Shown: in pieces, positions 26,989 through 40,905 of the stretch
Layout: each line of letters opens with the position of its first letter
Numbering within the stretch: the stretch's first letter is position 1
From: Stegostoma tigrinum
Lineage: Eukaryota
Direction of reading: 5' to 3'
DNA length: 64,000 nt
Assembly: GCF_030684315.1 (NCBI RefSeq)
Contig: NC_081382.1
Coordinates: 42,083,491 to 42,147,490, forward strand
Position numbers and translations under genes: made by a program
Notes under the pieces: generated by a model
What the model was told of the DNA's origin: nothing
Databases searched by the model: none
The model's input: only the letters and a program-made list of their open reading frames with translations

Positions 26989-28321
26989 TAAAACCAAATT
27001 TGTTCAACAGTGCTGAAGTACTGATAAAAGACGAACAACTTATTTCATACCATCAAGCCTCTAATGTCTTAATTCACTGGAGTGATTTCCTCTTTTTTAG
27101 GCATAGTGTTTTAAGAAGGCTTTCAAGATTGTTTTCAGAAGTAACGTGCGGGTAGTTTAAAAACTGCCAACCTGTCTGAAGTTTAATAAACTGTATACTG
27201 ATATGCAAAGTACAAAGCAAAGACACAGGTTGTTTTTACAAGTTTGGTATCTGTCAATTTCCTAAATTCTCATGCAAAACTAATACACAAAGGCATTTAA
27301 AGTGGCATTTCTAATTTCCCACAATTTTTTTTTCCATCAGTAACTGATAGGGGGGATTGTTTTGCAGGCTTGTGGCCTTGTTTTAATTAGCCTCAAACAG
27401 CTACTGTAGAGCAACATTACTCCCGTTTATACTCAGTTGGATTAAACCCATGGTTTTTTGGTGGGAGGGGAACACTGACTGTTGAATCACTGAGTGACAT
27501 GTTTTCTCTTCATGCAACATGTGAATAAAATTCTAAGAAACTTCTTTAAAAGTTCCTCCATTCACCACGGTGATATTTAAGAACTATCAAAATTCAATAT
27601 TGGCCTATTTCATGTTGACCCAGAGTATCCAATTGTTCGCCCAAAGGAAATTTTTAAAATGTAGTGACTGCTCAAAAGTTGGAAAATATGCGAACCAACT
27701 TCCATTTGAGTTCAAGAATCCCCATTCCTCGGCAACATCCTGAAACCGGCAAATGGATATGCAAACAGCTGCCCCACAGGTAGCAGAGAAAAATAACTGG
27801 TTTGGTGTGTTTTGATTCTTGTAAAAGGATAACTGTTGAACAAGCTATTGGAAGAACTTCTTTGCTATTTACAGGCTGACGGGCCCCATTGTTAACTGAT
27901 TTATTCACGGAATGGTACCTGAAAGTGTAACACACTCCAAGTCAGCCTGCATTAGGTGCCAAACTCTAGTGTTGCATTACTCGTGAATAATGTATCTGGT
28001 CTGTTTGTTGTTTTTTCTTCAGTTCTCCAGTGTTTAGCAAATAATAGTCATGGAGCAATTTTGTTTCTGTCAGCATGTATAAATCAATATTGTTCAAGTA
28101 AAATGAAATAGGTGCCATTTGGTGAATGCTCCACTTTTTTTACTACACCATCCTCCTGTTACAACTCTAATATTAAATGCTATGCAACCACTTCTAACTA
28201 ATTGGAGTATCATGAATGGGTGTGGACAGACATGATTTTGTCAAATGCTTTGATTTCGCGGTAATTAAATATATCAAACGGCATTTCTTTTTCAGAAACA
28301 TTTCATTGTCTTGATCATTAG

Positions 28322-28510
<189 letters not shown>

Positions 28511-29844
28511 TAATCTCAAGGATGATTCTCTAAATTATTTTAAAGATACGTGATCTTGTAGATACGCTGAAAGAGAACTAGTTCTACATGGGTTAGAGCT
28601 GATGTCAAGCAACAGTTTCCACTAGGGGCAAGGGAAAACTGGAATTTTATTGTAAAAATGGGTCTGCAAATTATTTGAACATGTAACTCAGATTTTTGAT
28701 GGAGAAGGATAATTTTTAAGGAACCAGGCTGTCAGTCATTAATTGATGGAACAGGCTTCAAGGACTAAATGACATGCACTCAATTGGACTTGTGATTTGG
28801 TATTTCATTATTTCCTAACCTAGGTCAGAGAAGTGTGGCTGCATCCTGTGTTTGTTACAGTTCTTTTTAGAGCCTTGCTGTAAGGAGATGAGAGCAGTAC
28901 AGTGTGACTTTGAGCAGTTATTCCAAAACTTTTAAAATTGAACTAGATCTTACTTGGTAGGTGTATTTTAAGTGTTGACCAGCCTTGACTGCTTCTGTGT
29001 GGAATTTGAATTTGTCCAAATTTGAAGGCTTTTTTTTAAAATTTACCCGTTGGTCAATTCATGAATGAATTTGGAGTCTCAACTGGCAAATTTTCTGATC
29101 AAGTGTCCAGACCCGAAAACGTTAACTTTCCTGCTCCTAAGATGTTGCTTAGCCTGCTGTGTTCATCCAGCTCTACACTTTATCTCGTTGCTCAGTTAAC
29201 ACGTTGGTGTGTGGGAAAGATTTGAATTTATATCTTACTGATGTTCATTACAGTGTTGGTTTTTTGCCCTAATGTTTATTGCACTGTGCACTATTTTAGT
29301 TGCCAAATAATTTTGTGTTCCTTAGATTTAAACAGAAATCTTCCACTTCTTTGAATCTGCCAGGTACTGAACAATGCATCTCAGATATTTCGGTCCCTTA
29401 TCTGTTGAGTTCAGTTGGCTTTGCTGAGGCAATAATGGGGGGGGTCTACATTCAGTCCTGGGCTATAGAAGGGAATTACCTTTTAAAGTACTCCCCATGG
29501 TGAAGATTGTTTTTGGCTTAGCTACAGTCCTCGTTTTTGTTTTTTTTCTTTCTTTCAATTTTACTGTTTTTGGGGAAAGCCTAATATAAGGATATCTTGC
29601 CAAATTTTTCTTTGCAAAAATTGATTGAGCATATAGGTCGAATTAGTTAGTTTGATTTAACGTTAGAATTCTTCAAACTTTTCTCAACACTTGAATTCTG
29701 TGATGTAATGTTTGGTTGCATCTTTGTCTCCTTTGAAGGGAATTTTAATTTTCAAAATTGAACTTGATGCTGTAATGTAGATGCTTATGTACCTAAACAT
29801 TTTGTTGAGCGCTTACAATTACTTGGCATTTGTATTATTTCAAG

Positions 29845-30015
29845 GACCTGACAAAGCGCTCCAGCCAGTCGCAGACTAAAGCAGGCAGGAAGCGACAGCA
29901 TGAAGAACCAGAAAGTTTCTTCACCTGGTTTACTGATCACTCGGATGCAGGTGCTGATGAGCTGGGAGAGGTTATCAAAGATGACATCTGGCCGAACCCA
30001 CTGCAATACTATTTG
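29845..30015 (+). CDS. SET: SET exon 6
   Basis: TTTCAAG|GAC..TTG|GTGAGT; [38 protein letters not shown]. Confidence 0.96.
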
Positions 30016-30575
30016 GTGAGTGTTCTTGAGTCCTTCTATGCAAACATACGACTTTACATCTGATTTGGCAAAAGGGGGTATGGGCATTCAGCTTCACCAG
30101 TGATCTCTTTTTGTGGGAAACACAATATTTCTTTGCACACAAAGGAGTGGATATGTGGGTATTATAAATGGCTCCAAGCTGTTGAGCAGACAGGCTGAAA
30201 TCCCAGAAGTGGGTGAATTAATTATTTTCCCTTTTTTTTGGGGAGGTTTTATCGCATTATAATTATGGTGGCTGGAGTGATACATTAATTTTAAGACCAA
30301 ATTTCTTGATGTACTGTAATGATTTTATATACATCAGATTTGCTGGATCTTCACTAGTTTGGCATTCTGCAGCGGTTTTGGAGGATTCTTAATCTCCCGT
30401 GTGCAGCAGCCTGTTGCTTTATACTCTAATAATTCCTTGTCATTTTAAATAATTCATGTTGTCCCTGGTGTTTGAAAAACCATGTGACTGTTACACACAA
30501 GTTCAAGCATAACGTTGAATTTTAACGTAAATGCACTCCTCAACTAAAAGCGTTGTTATTGTGTTGCCTTGTCAG

Positions 30576-30731
30576 GTTCCTGATATGGAAGATGAAGAAG
30601 GTGATGGCGAGGAGGAGGATGAAGATGAGGAGGAAGAAGAAGGATTGGAGGATATTGATGAAGAAGGAGATGAGGATGAAGAGGGAGAAGAGGAGGATGA
30701 GGAAGAGGAGGAGGAAGGTGAAGAAGCTGAG
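30576..30731 (+). CDS. SET: SET exon 7 (acidic tail), GC donor
   Basis: GTCAG|GTT..GAG|GCAAGT; [13 protein letters not shown], 156 nt. Confidence 0.9.
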
Positions 30732-31314
30732 GCAAGTGCTTTCATTTTTAAACTCCCAATCTAGACATTTATACAGAAACATTAAAATGCTTTGGCCACA
30801 CTTTGTCTTTATTCCCCAAATGGGGAATTCCTGATCTCTGTGCGTAAATAAGAGTAATTACTGTGATCCCATTGAATGGTGGAGCAGATTTGATGGGCTG
30901 ACATCCTTCTGTGTCTTGTTGACAGTTGCCTCAAATGTTGAATCTGTTCAAATATCTTGTTGTTATTCTTTGCTTTGCAAGTCTGACTTTTCCAAAACGA
31001 GATTTGGCCACCAGAGTAACTTTTTGTAGGATAGAGGAGCTGTCTTGCATAGCCATGAAAGGGGAAGATCATCATTTTGCTTAAATGTAAAATAGGAAGG
31101 TGCTTTAAGATTCTCTCAATATGCTTTGTTTTCATTAAATTTCAAAATGTGCAGAAGAAACCAGAAATTTAACTCTTCAAAGCAAAAGCTTTTGCACCCG
31201 TATTACACATAGCTGTTAATAGTTACAGAGGAGAGTCTAATAATTCTGATTTCTATTATTTTATTTACATGTAGCTATCTTGTACTAACCTTTGTTTTCC
31301 TGTATTGTTTGTAG

Positions 31315-31338
31315 GAGGAGGAAGGCGAAGATGACTGA
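31315..31338 (+). CDS. SET: SET exon 8, final codons EEEGEDD*
   Basis: Branch point TACTAAC 31283-31289, pyrimidine tract, GTAG|GAG; total CDS 843 nt = 280 aa plus stop. Confidence 0.92.
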   Translation, partial: EEEGEDD

Positions 31339-32091
31339 TCTGGTTGCTGTTGATATTCGCCTCTAATTTTTTTTTCTTTAGTCCCTGGGAGCAAGTTGCT
31401 GTCTTTTTGTGCTCAGTTTCCTTGCTCTCCTGAGGTCCTTAAACCATTATACACAATTGGGATGAGTTACATGCGCAAACAACAGTGGCAATCTCTCTCT
31501 GCCATTTCCGTGAACTGATATGAATTCTCCTAGCACCAGCTGATCAGCACATCATCTTCTGTAGTAATGTGATTGTATTTTTTTTACTTTTTATTTTAAG
31601 CCCCACCCCACCCTCCCACTTCCACCCACCCCTCTGCTGGAAGCCCAGAACTACTTTCTGCCTTTGTGGTGTGACTATAGATCATTTTGAATAGGCTTTT
31701 TTCTTACCTGTTCTGGCCCAGAGATTACACTGTGTTTCCATGTGATGTGGACAATTAGCAGTTACCATCAAGTCCTTGTTTTCTTCTCTCTTGTAACAAA
31801 TGGGTGTCACTGAGGCACCTAGGGTAGTTGCAGACGGTTGGGTTCTAATGGGTGGGTTTGTTGGGTATTTTGAGGCCTGGCTGTACTTAGCATGTCGATG
31901 CATTGTATATTGATACAACATCCGTGCAACCAAACTTTTAAATATTAATCGATTTGAACCCCACAGCAGATGGAGGAGTAACAACCTGTAGAATCTTATT
32001 GGAATCTACACTCTCTAATGTAATTTTTTGTTTCACTGGAAAGGAAATTTGCTCCGTTTTAAACGTTAGAGTGTACAAGTTGCTTTGTTAC

Positions 32092-32097
32092 AATAAA
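32092..32097 (+). terminator. Proximal SET polyadenylation signal
   Basis: AATAAA with TGTA motifs nearby and a GT/T-rich downstream tract. Confidence 0.6.
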
Positions 32098-34273
32098 ACT
32101 AAATGTGTACACAAAAAGTGTGTGGTGAGTTTGCTTTTAATCTGGGATGTTTTGCCGACTTAATTGCAATCAATCTAGAATGGTTATTTTTGGTAAATGC
32201 TTGGTGGGGAGGGTGGAAATTGTACAGACCTGAGGTAAATGCTTCAGTGTCAAAATTGATTTCAAACTGCTTGCTCCAAATTAAATCCCTGTTATTATCT
32301 TCTTAAAAGACCAAATTGTAACAACTTTAATATGTACACAAATGAATCTGCTACAAGTATCAAGGAACAAATCGTTGGAGTTGTCTGCGATGTTCTAGAA
32401 ACTTCTGAGTTTGTAATAATTAGAGATCCATTCTGTATTTATTGGAAATGAGATTGTAATTAGAAAGGGCAGATTGCAACCCTGAGAACTTGGTGTTCTC
32501 CTTCAATAATTTGGGTCTGGGTCCATTGTCGCATTGTAAGTGCTTGTTTAAATTTGAATACCACAAATTTTGTGGACTGTTTGTAGGCTTGCTTTTAACT
32601 ACCAAAATTGCACTTGATTTATTTTGCCTCTTAGTTCCTAAATTCTATAAGTTGGTATATAATGTATATATTGTCCTGGCAGTAGTTGCAAAACATCCTT
32701 TGAACTGATGACTTTTTCTTTGCAACTGGAGTCTGCCGTAATTGCTACACATTTAGCACCAAAAATGTAGTGATGTGTGTATATAATCAACTTTTTAAAA
32801 GCCTGCCACAAAGTTTGCAGAAAGTTAGACTCTTGTGTAATTATTACATTTTATAATTATTGGTGTGCAATGGATTTGGCACAATTCTTGCAAATTCATC
32901 ATATTTCTGGTAGTTCAAAAGAATTTGTTGTGCTGTTTTATTCTATTCTGGCTCCACTTGATTAGGAATGAGGTTGTGGCATAACTAGCTTATCACTACT
33001 AGTTTTTGAGAATATGGGATCTTTTGTCTCTCTTTTTTTGACAGGTTGTGTGTGGGTATCCCATTCAATGCTGCCTGTAGTATTTAATGTACACTTTTGT
33101 TCCTGTTTCATGTTTAATTAGTCAATTTTTCTGATCTTTCCAGAATTTGTACTGATTATACTAAACTGTGACCTGGTTTGAATTGCTATTGTATAATGAA
33201 AGAAGTTGACCTGATTACAACTGTGTTTCTTGATTTATGAGCTTCTCCTGTTTTCATTAACTCTTACTTGATAACTGTTTAAGAATTTGAGTTGGATTTC
33301 TTTTTGTAATATTTTGCTTTTTAATCCTTTCCAACTTGAAACATTTTCAATAACTTTTAGGGGTTTTGCAGTTGCTGTAGGAGGGTAATGGTGCCATCTT
33401 ATTACAGTGATGAGTAGGCATTGTGATATTGCTCAACATGTTACCTCTCGATCCTGAGCCTTGCCAGAATGGTGTATAAATTGATTTAATATACTTGTCC
33501 TAGTTAATGCTGGTAGTTGATTGCTGCCAACTTCAGAGATTTTCATATCTAAATCTTCTCCAGTATTTCTTTAGATTTCAGTATAACCTGAGCAGCTCAT
33601 GAATACAGTTGTTTCACAAATGCAGTTCTTCAGTTTCTCCTGGTGTTTGAAGATTGTGTCTTCGTGAGAGGGAATTGTACATTTGCATGTTTTTCACTTT
33701 GGAGAAATACATTCTCCTGAACAAGTCCTTTGTTTGTTGATGCATTCTTGCCACTCCAGTAGAGACCAAGAAACTTAGTTGAGTAGTGGGTGGGAAACCC
33801 TCTTTGGGATGCAAAAGATAGCTGACTGGTACCAACCATGCCATTTTTTTTCTTTTGGCAGACTGATGGATTGACTAATAATTCTACCACCAGCAATGCA
33901 AGCATAAGGCAAGGCATGTGATTCCTTAAACTAGTAATAATGGACCTGAACACTTCCGTCTAAAAAGAATGATGGTATACAAGAAGCCTAATGAGTATAA
34001 CCAGAGCTGTAGTTAGTTTTTTTTTTATTTTGCTTACGTAATTGTCCTGATAATAGGATCTAGCTAAGCCATTGCTTTGCTTAGCAATGTTCTGGAGAGC
34101 ATGATGTCTATAAACCACATTTGAGAATGTTCCACTGGATTTATAGACACTTGATCTTTAAATGTATTGGGTTTTGTTTGACATGGCAGCCTAAAGGTGT
34201 CCTGACTTCATCTTGAACTTTGTTTTTTTTAAATTAAATTGGTTCTCATCAATCTGTCTTTACTGTTATCTAC

Positions 34274-34279
34274 AATAAA
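34274..34279 (+). terminator. Distal SET polyadenylation signal
   Basis: AATAAA followed by GT-rich sequence, at the end of a repeat-free 3-kb T-rich 3' UTR-like stretch. Confidence 0.6.
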
Positions 34280-35569
34280 GTTTGTATACATGTTTTGCCA
34301 TAGTGCTGTGTATTGTCTTTAATCTCATGCAACAAAAATGAAGCAATTAGCACAAATAGGCCTTTGGATATTTCTACAAATATAGCACAACACTATTATG
34401 GGATGTGATAATGTGCCACAGAAATTTGAGGGTGCATACATGAGGATCAATGGTCAGCACAACATCGTGGGCTGAAGGGCCTGTTCTATTATAAATTGCC
34501 ATTAGCACAGGAATGCTTAGTGGTGCTCTATGGTATTGACCATCTGTAGTTGTCATTTGACTACTTGATTGATCTCTCAATTTGAGATGAGTTAACTACT
34601 CAGACCAGTGAAAAAAGAGCTTTTAAGAAATTGGGCCATTTTGGAACAGCTGTTCCTCTGGCAAAATGTGATGTGTGAGCAGCTCAACATTTACACACAA
34701 TTCCTGGTACGCTGACAGTTGCTCTAACCCCTTTGTTCCTGGGCACAAATTTTCAGATGAGGGATTTTTTTTTTTTAATTTAAATTTAGTTTTGAATGAG
34801 ATTTTAAACTGAAACATTCTGAAGGGTCCAGACCAGAAACGTCAGCCTTCCTACTCGTCTGATGCTCCTTGGCCTGCTGTGTTCATCCAGCTCTACACCT
34901 TGTAATCTTAGTTTAATTAATAGTTGTTCTCTGAACCACTCATGGTGGTAGACAAAGTTTTTCCATTCACAGTTTGATACCCTTGCTAATCTGTGCTTCT
35001 TTCAAGTAGTGACCATGGAAAAGTATTGATTCAGCAGCTGAGAAGGTAGTAAGTGATATTTAGCAAAATGATTCCCATGTTTGAAGTGACAGCATGAAAT
35101 CAGGAGTTAGAATTGATTTGAGTCCACTCCCTCTGAACTGTGCATCACAACCCCTGTGGGGAAAGCAAGAGGAAGAGTCTGGGATGTTAGCTGGAGGATA
35201 AGCTCCTGTGAATATAAACAGGTGCTATCTTTATCAGCACTCCTAGTTTTGGCATACATACCCACATGTTCATGAAGGCTGGTAGAAGACAACCACCATG
35301 GTGTAGATCTGGGTTCATGTGTAGACCAAACAAATATATAGTTTCCTTACCCAAATGTTAGCATATCTGGTTTATGGCAGTCTAATGGTTCATTGTCATG
35401 AGTACAGCACCATTTGATTTAGTTAAATGCATCTAACTCATTGCTATGATAGGACCTGAACATATTTCTTGATTATTTCACACTTGTATTACCATGGTAG
35501 GGAGAGTAAAATGCATATAAATTGAGTAAATTTCATCAAGGCATAAAATATAAGTATTAGTTATAAATA

Positions 35570-35575
35570 TTTATT
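35570..35575 (-). terminator. Polyadenylation signal of the CULT-domain gene
   Basis: AATAAA on the minus strand about 30 nt after the TGA. Confidence 0.5.
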
Positions 35576-35603
35576 TCTCTACAAAAAAATAAAAAGTTTG
35601 ATT

Positions 35604-35758
35604 TCAACTCCGGTAGGACTTGGGTACCATGAGAAGTGTTGCAGCAAAATTCTCCTGGAGGAGTCTGTCTACAATCAGTGCAACAAATGTCTCCTCTGAT
35701 TCCTCAAACTCTTCATCTGTAAGATGCTGAGGCCAGATGCTGGGCTGAAATGACCAAC
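35604..35758 (-). CDS. Secreted cereblon-like (CULT domain) protein, exon 2 (not in ORF track)
   Basis: TTTTTCCAACAG|GT TGG..AGT TGA; GWSFQPSIWPQHLTDEEFEESEETFVALIVDRLLQENFAATLLMVPKSYRS*; completes the HLGWxF motif in the correct phase. Confidence 0.88.
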
Positions 35759-35984
35759 CTGTTGGAAAAAGTTCACAAACTTAACACTAGATAACTAAGC
35801 TAGCAACATCACATGTAACCTATTATGAAACATTTGTGCCAAGTTGCTTTATAGGTGTGTAATCAATAAAAGTGAGCTAAAAGGAAGAACTATTAAAGTT
35901 TGCCAACAGCCCAATCAAATAGTTTTGAGCAGTATTAAAGTGTTTAGGAAATGAAGTTCCTGAGCTTAGGCTTAGAACACTGAG

Positions 35985-37190
35985 TCAGAAATCACATGAT
36001 ACCAGGTTACAATCCAACAGGTTTATTTGAAAACGCAAGCTTTCAAAGCCTTGCTCCTCCTCCAGGTGTTAGTGAAGTGGTATCAGACAGAATTTAAGTA
36101 AAAGATCCAAGGGTCACATCACTGATGCAAATGTATTAAACAAACCTGAAGATTTGTATGTAAATCTCAAAATTCTTTTCAAGTCGCTGCCCTGAGAGAA
36201 CTAAATGTTTTATCAATGTAAAGATAAGGTGACATTTTAGGTCAGACAATGCTTGTTAGATTCTAAACAAAGCCTCATACCTATGTTTGGTCTGGAGTCA
36301 GGCTGCTTTTATTGCTAAATTAGGAATTTATAAAAAAAACACATGGACTGACCGACTGTCTATAAATTGTGTGCTTTTTGAACAAAATAGAATCTTTCTG
36401 CAAATACAAATTCACCCCATAGATTTTCATGTGTGCTTGCACAGGGGCGGGAGAGGGCACATGCATATGAAAGTGCAGGTATGAGAGAACGAACAAACGT
36501 GCCTGCATGCATGAGGGCAAGAGAGTGTAAGTACTGTATAGTGTGGTGGGGTCACCTGTAGTGCAACATGAACCCAAGATCCCAGTTGAGGCAATTCTCA
36601 TGGGAACCAAACTTGGCTAATAGCCTCTGCTCGGCAACTCTGCGTTGTTGTGTATCCTCAAGTCCACCTTAGAGGACATTTACCCAAGATCCAAGGCTGT
36701 ATATCCTTGACCACTGAAGCATTCCCCCAGGGGGTGGGGGGAAAACATCCCTGACTGGCAATTGTTACGCAATGTCATTCGTCTGCCGTATTCATAGCAT
36801 CTGCATGGTTTCACCAATATATAATGCCTTGAGATAGACAATGTTGGCCAAGTCACATGAGTATCAGCCATGCACATGGTGGGTGTTGTTCCCACATGCG
36901 ATGGTACAGTTCATGTTGAAGATCTGATGTGTCTTGCAGAGGGTGCCATTACAGGGTTGTATAGTGTTGTGGTTAATGTTGTCTTGAAGACTGGGTGGTT
37001 TGCTGTGAACAGTGGCCTCTTTAAGGTTTGGTGGTTGTTTGAGAGTGAGAAGTGGAGGCATACAGAAGATCTTGGGGAGGTGCTCATCGTCACTGATAAT
37101 GTGTCAAAGTCTGCAAAGAACATAGCATAGATTCTCCGCTCCCAGGAAATACTGGACAAGCACTGAAGTTGCAGCTGCCAAAAGTGGGAG
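35985..37190 (-). mobile_element. Degenerate Penelope-like element (same family as 62085-63632)
   Basis: KQPPNLK..QPC..LCKTHQIF GIY-YIG region; the terminus AATAAACCTGTTGGATTGTAACCTGGT..TGTGATTT resembles the ends of the 62-63 kb copy. Confidence 0.7.
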
Positions 37191-37734
37191 GGAATACTTA
37201 GATCTGAAAGTTGAAGCAGGTTACAGAAATAGGCTGGAGGTATTTGAACAGGAGAATGCAAATTTTAAGAAAGGAGACACTGATAGCCTGAAAACCAAGG
37301 CCATAAGTCCAATAAGGTATATAGGAGAACATTGTGGACAAGTGTGATGTGGTGTCAGGTGTAGGCAATAGAATTTTGGATGAGCTCAAGTTCAGATCAT
37401 CAAAGTTTGAGGTCTGCCAGCAGAGTATTGGAATAATAAAAATCTAGAAGAAAAAGTTATGCATTTGGCAGACAGAAGTAGACATTTGACGTAGAAGTCG
37501 ACAGTCTTGCCAACGGAAAGGATACAGGATCAGTACTCAGCTCAAAATCAAATGAAGCAAAGAGATTGCCTCACAGGATACTGGTCCGGAAAGGGATAGA
37601 ATAGGAAACGGCTTGTGATGGGAACTTGACGCAGGAACTCTGTAGTATATTCTAAAAGTTCAACGCTGAGATACAGCTCACCTCCCTGATTTCCTGTTAA
37701 CCAAAAATCTGTTTTGGACTTTTCACATAGATGC

Positions 37735-38300
37735 GATGGTCGAGACGGCACAACAATGCTTCCTCTTCCTCAGGCAACTTAGAAAATTTGGCATGTCCAT
37801 AAGGACTCTCACCAACTTCTACAAAGGCACCCGAGAAAGCATACCATCCAGGTGCACAATAGCCTGGTACGGCAACTGCTCTGCCCGGGATTGTTAGGAA
37901 CTACAGAAGGTTGTGTGTACAGCCCAGACCCGCGGGAAGCCAACCTTCTGTCCATGGACTTCATTTACACCTTTTGTTGCACAGCAAGTCTGCCAACATT
38001 AAAGACCCCTCCCACTTCAGTAAACCTCTCCTACAACCTTTTCTGCCAGACAGAAGTTGCAGAAGCTTGAACACATGCACTAGCAGGTTCAAGAACAGCT
38101 TCTTCTTTGCCATTACTAGACTGATGAATGGACTCTAACTTAAAATAACGTTTACCTTGTTACTGTTGATCTTGCTTCACGCACCTCCCGTGCAGAGTAA
38201 TCTGTATAGCTCACTCTGTCTAAGCACCCTATGATCTGTCTGTACTGCTCATATACAAAGCTTTTCACTATACATAGAAACATGTGACTACAATAAATCA
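37735..38300 (+). mobile_element. Rex1/Babar-like LINE 3' fragment
   Basis: Same family as 17230-17810 (FLRQLRKFG, SRFKNSFF, shared 3' UTR). Confidence 0.6.
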
Positions 38301-39044
38301 ATTTCTTTCTTTAAAATCAAAAAAAACTTTAAAATGCAGCTTTGAAATTTTCAAAAACAACATTGTTATAAGATAGTACTCTAGATTTCATAAGATTACA
38401 CTAATTTTAAAAGGTGTGCCTTCTCATTCTTGGCTGTTCCCCACCCACCAGAGTTATTTCACCAGCCACCCTTTTAGAACTTCTAATCATCTTTTAAATA
38501 ACCAGAAGCTTAGCTGGACCAGCCACAAATACTTCAGTTACAAAGAGGGAATTCTGTATGAAGTGACTCACCCAACCTTTTCATCACCTGAAAAGCACAA
38601 ATAAGAAATCTGTTGTAATGTCATAAAATATAGGAGCAAAATCAGACCATTCAGCCCATCGAGACTACACCACTATTTTATCATAGCTGATATTTTCCTC
38701 AACCCCATCCTCCTGCCTTCTCCCTATAACCCTTGATCCCCTTACTAATCAAGAATCCATCTATCTGCTTTAAATACACACAATGACTTGGCCTCCACAG
38801 CTTTCTGCAGCAGTGATTTTCACAGATTGACCACCCTCTGAACAAATCCCTCCTCCTCTCACTTCTAAAGAGTCATCCTTTCACCCTGAAGCTGTGTCCC
38901 CAGGTCTTCGACTCTACTTCTAGAAGGAACATCTTCTCCACGTCCACCCTATCCAGGTCTCATTTTCTGTAAGTTTCGATCAGGTCCCCCCTTCATCCTT
39001 TTAAACTCCAACCAGTACAGTCAGAGTTGTCAACTATTAACAAA

Positions 39045-40905
39045 GACATAGAAACAAAGAAACCTACAGCACAGGAACAGGCCCTTCGGCCCTCTAAGCC
39101 TGCGCCGATCAAGATCCTCTGTCTAACCTGTCATCTATTTTCTAACAGTCTGTGTCCATTTGCTTCCTGCGCATCCATGTACCTGTCCAAATATATCTTA
39201 AAAGACGCTAACGTGTCTGCGTCTACCACCTCCGCTGGCAACGCGTTCCGGGCACCCACCACCCTCTGTGTAAAGAACTTTCCATGCATATCTCCCTTAA
39301 ACTTTCCTCTTCTCACTTTGAACTCATGACCCCTAGGAATTGAGTCCCCCACTCTGGGAAAAAGCTTCTTGCTATCCACCCTATCTATACTCCTCATGAT
39401 TTTGTAGACCTCAATCAGGTTCTCCCCTCAATCTCCATCTTTCTAATGAAAATAATCCTAATCTATTCGACCTCTCTTCATAGCTAGCACCCTCCATACC
39501 AGGCAACATCCTGGTGAAACCTCCTCTGCACCCTCTCCAAAGCATCCACATCCTTTTGGTAATGTGGCGACCAGAACTGTACACAGTACTCCAAATGTGG
39601 CCGAACCAAAGTCCTATACAACTGCAACATGGCCTGCCAACTCTTGTACTCAATACTCCACCCAATGAAGGAAAGCATGCCATATGCCTTCTTGACCACC
39701 CTATTGACCTGCGTTGTCACCTTCAGGGAACAATGGACCTGAACACCCAGATCTCTCTGTTCATCAATTTTCCCTAGGACTTTTTCATTTACTGTATAGT
39801 TCGCCCTTGAATTTGATCTTCCAAAATGCATCACCTCACATTTGCCCGAATTGAACTCCATCTGCCATTTATCTGCCCAACTCTCCAGTCTATCCATATT
39901 CTGCTGTAATTTCTGACAGTCCCCTTCACTATCAGCTACTCCACCAATTTTAGTGTCATCAGCAAACTTGCTGATCAGACCACCTACACCTTCCTCCAGA
40001 TCATTTACATATATCACAAACAACAGTGGTCCCAGCACAGATCCCTGTAGAACACCACTGGTGACAGGTCTCCAATTTGAGAAACTCCCTTCTACTACTA
40101 CCCTCTGTCTCCTGTTGCCCAGCCAGTTTTTTATCCACCTAGCTAGCATACCCTGGACCCCATGTGACTTCACTTTCTCCATCAGCCTGCCATGGGAAAC
40201 CTTATCAAACACCTTACTGAAGTCCATGTATATGACATCTACAGCCTTTCCCTCATCAATCAACTTTGTCACGTCCTCAAAGAATTCTATGAAGTTGGTA
40301 AGACATGACCTTCCCTGTACAAAACCATGTTGCCTATCACTGATAAGCCCATTTTCTGCCAAATGGGAATAGATCCTATCCCTCAGTATCTTCTCCAGTA
40401 GCTTCCCTACCACTGACGTCAGGCTCACTGGTCGATAATTACCTGGATTATCCTTGCTGCCCTTCTTAAACAAGGGGACAACATTAGCAAGTCTCCAGTC
40501 CTCTGGGACCTTACCCGTGTCTAAGGACACTGCAAAGATATCTGTTAGGGCCCCGGCTGTTTCCTCTCTCGCTTCCCTCAGTAACCCGGGATAGATCCCA
40601 TCCGAACCTGGGGACTTGTCCACCTTAATATCTTTTAGGATACCTAACACTTCCTCCTTCCTTATGTCAACTTGACCTAGATTAAGCAAACATCTATCCC
40701 TAACCTCAACATCCGTCATGTCCCTCTCCTTGGTGAATACCGATGCAAAGTACTCGTTAAGAATGTCACCCATTTTCTCTGACTCAGCGCATAACTTTCC
40801 TTCTTTGTCCTTAAGCGGGCCAATCCTTTCTCTGGTTACCCTCTTGCTCTTTATATATGAATAAAAGGCTTTGGGATTTTCCTTAACCATGTTTGCCAGC
40901 AATAT
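39045..40905 (-). mobile_element. 5'-truncated CR1 LINE with nearly intact reverse transcriptase
   Basis: 472-aa ORF with PGNYRPVSLTS, QHGFV.GRSCLTN, QGSVLGPLLF and KFADDTK; continues through two frameshifts (39411-39683, 39131-39397) to a TTTCTATG-type tail; nested in an older CR1 (38625-39020 and 40930-42240). Confidence 0.92.
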
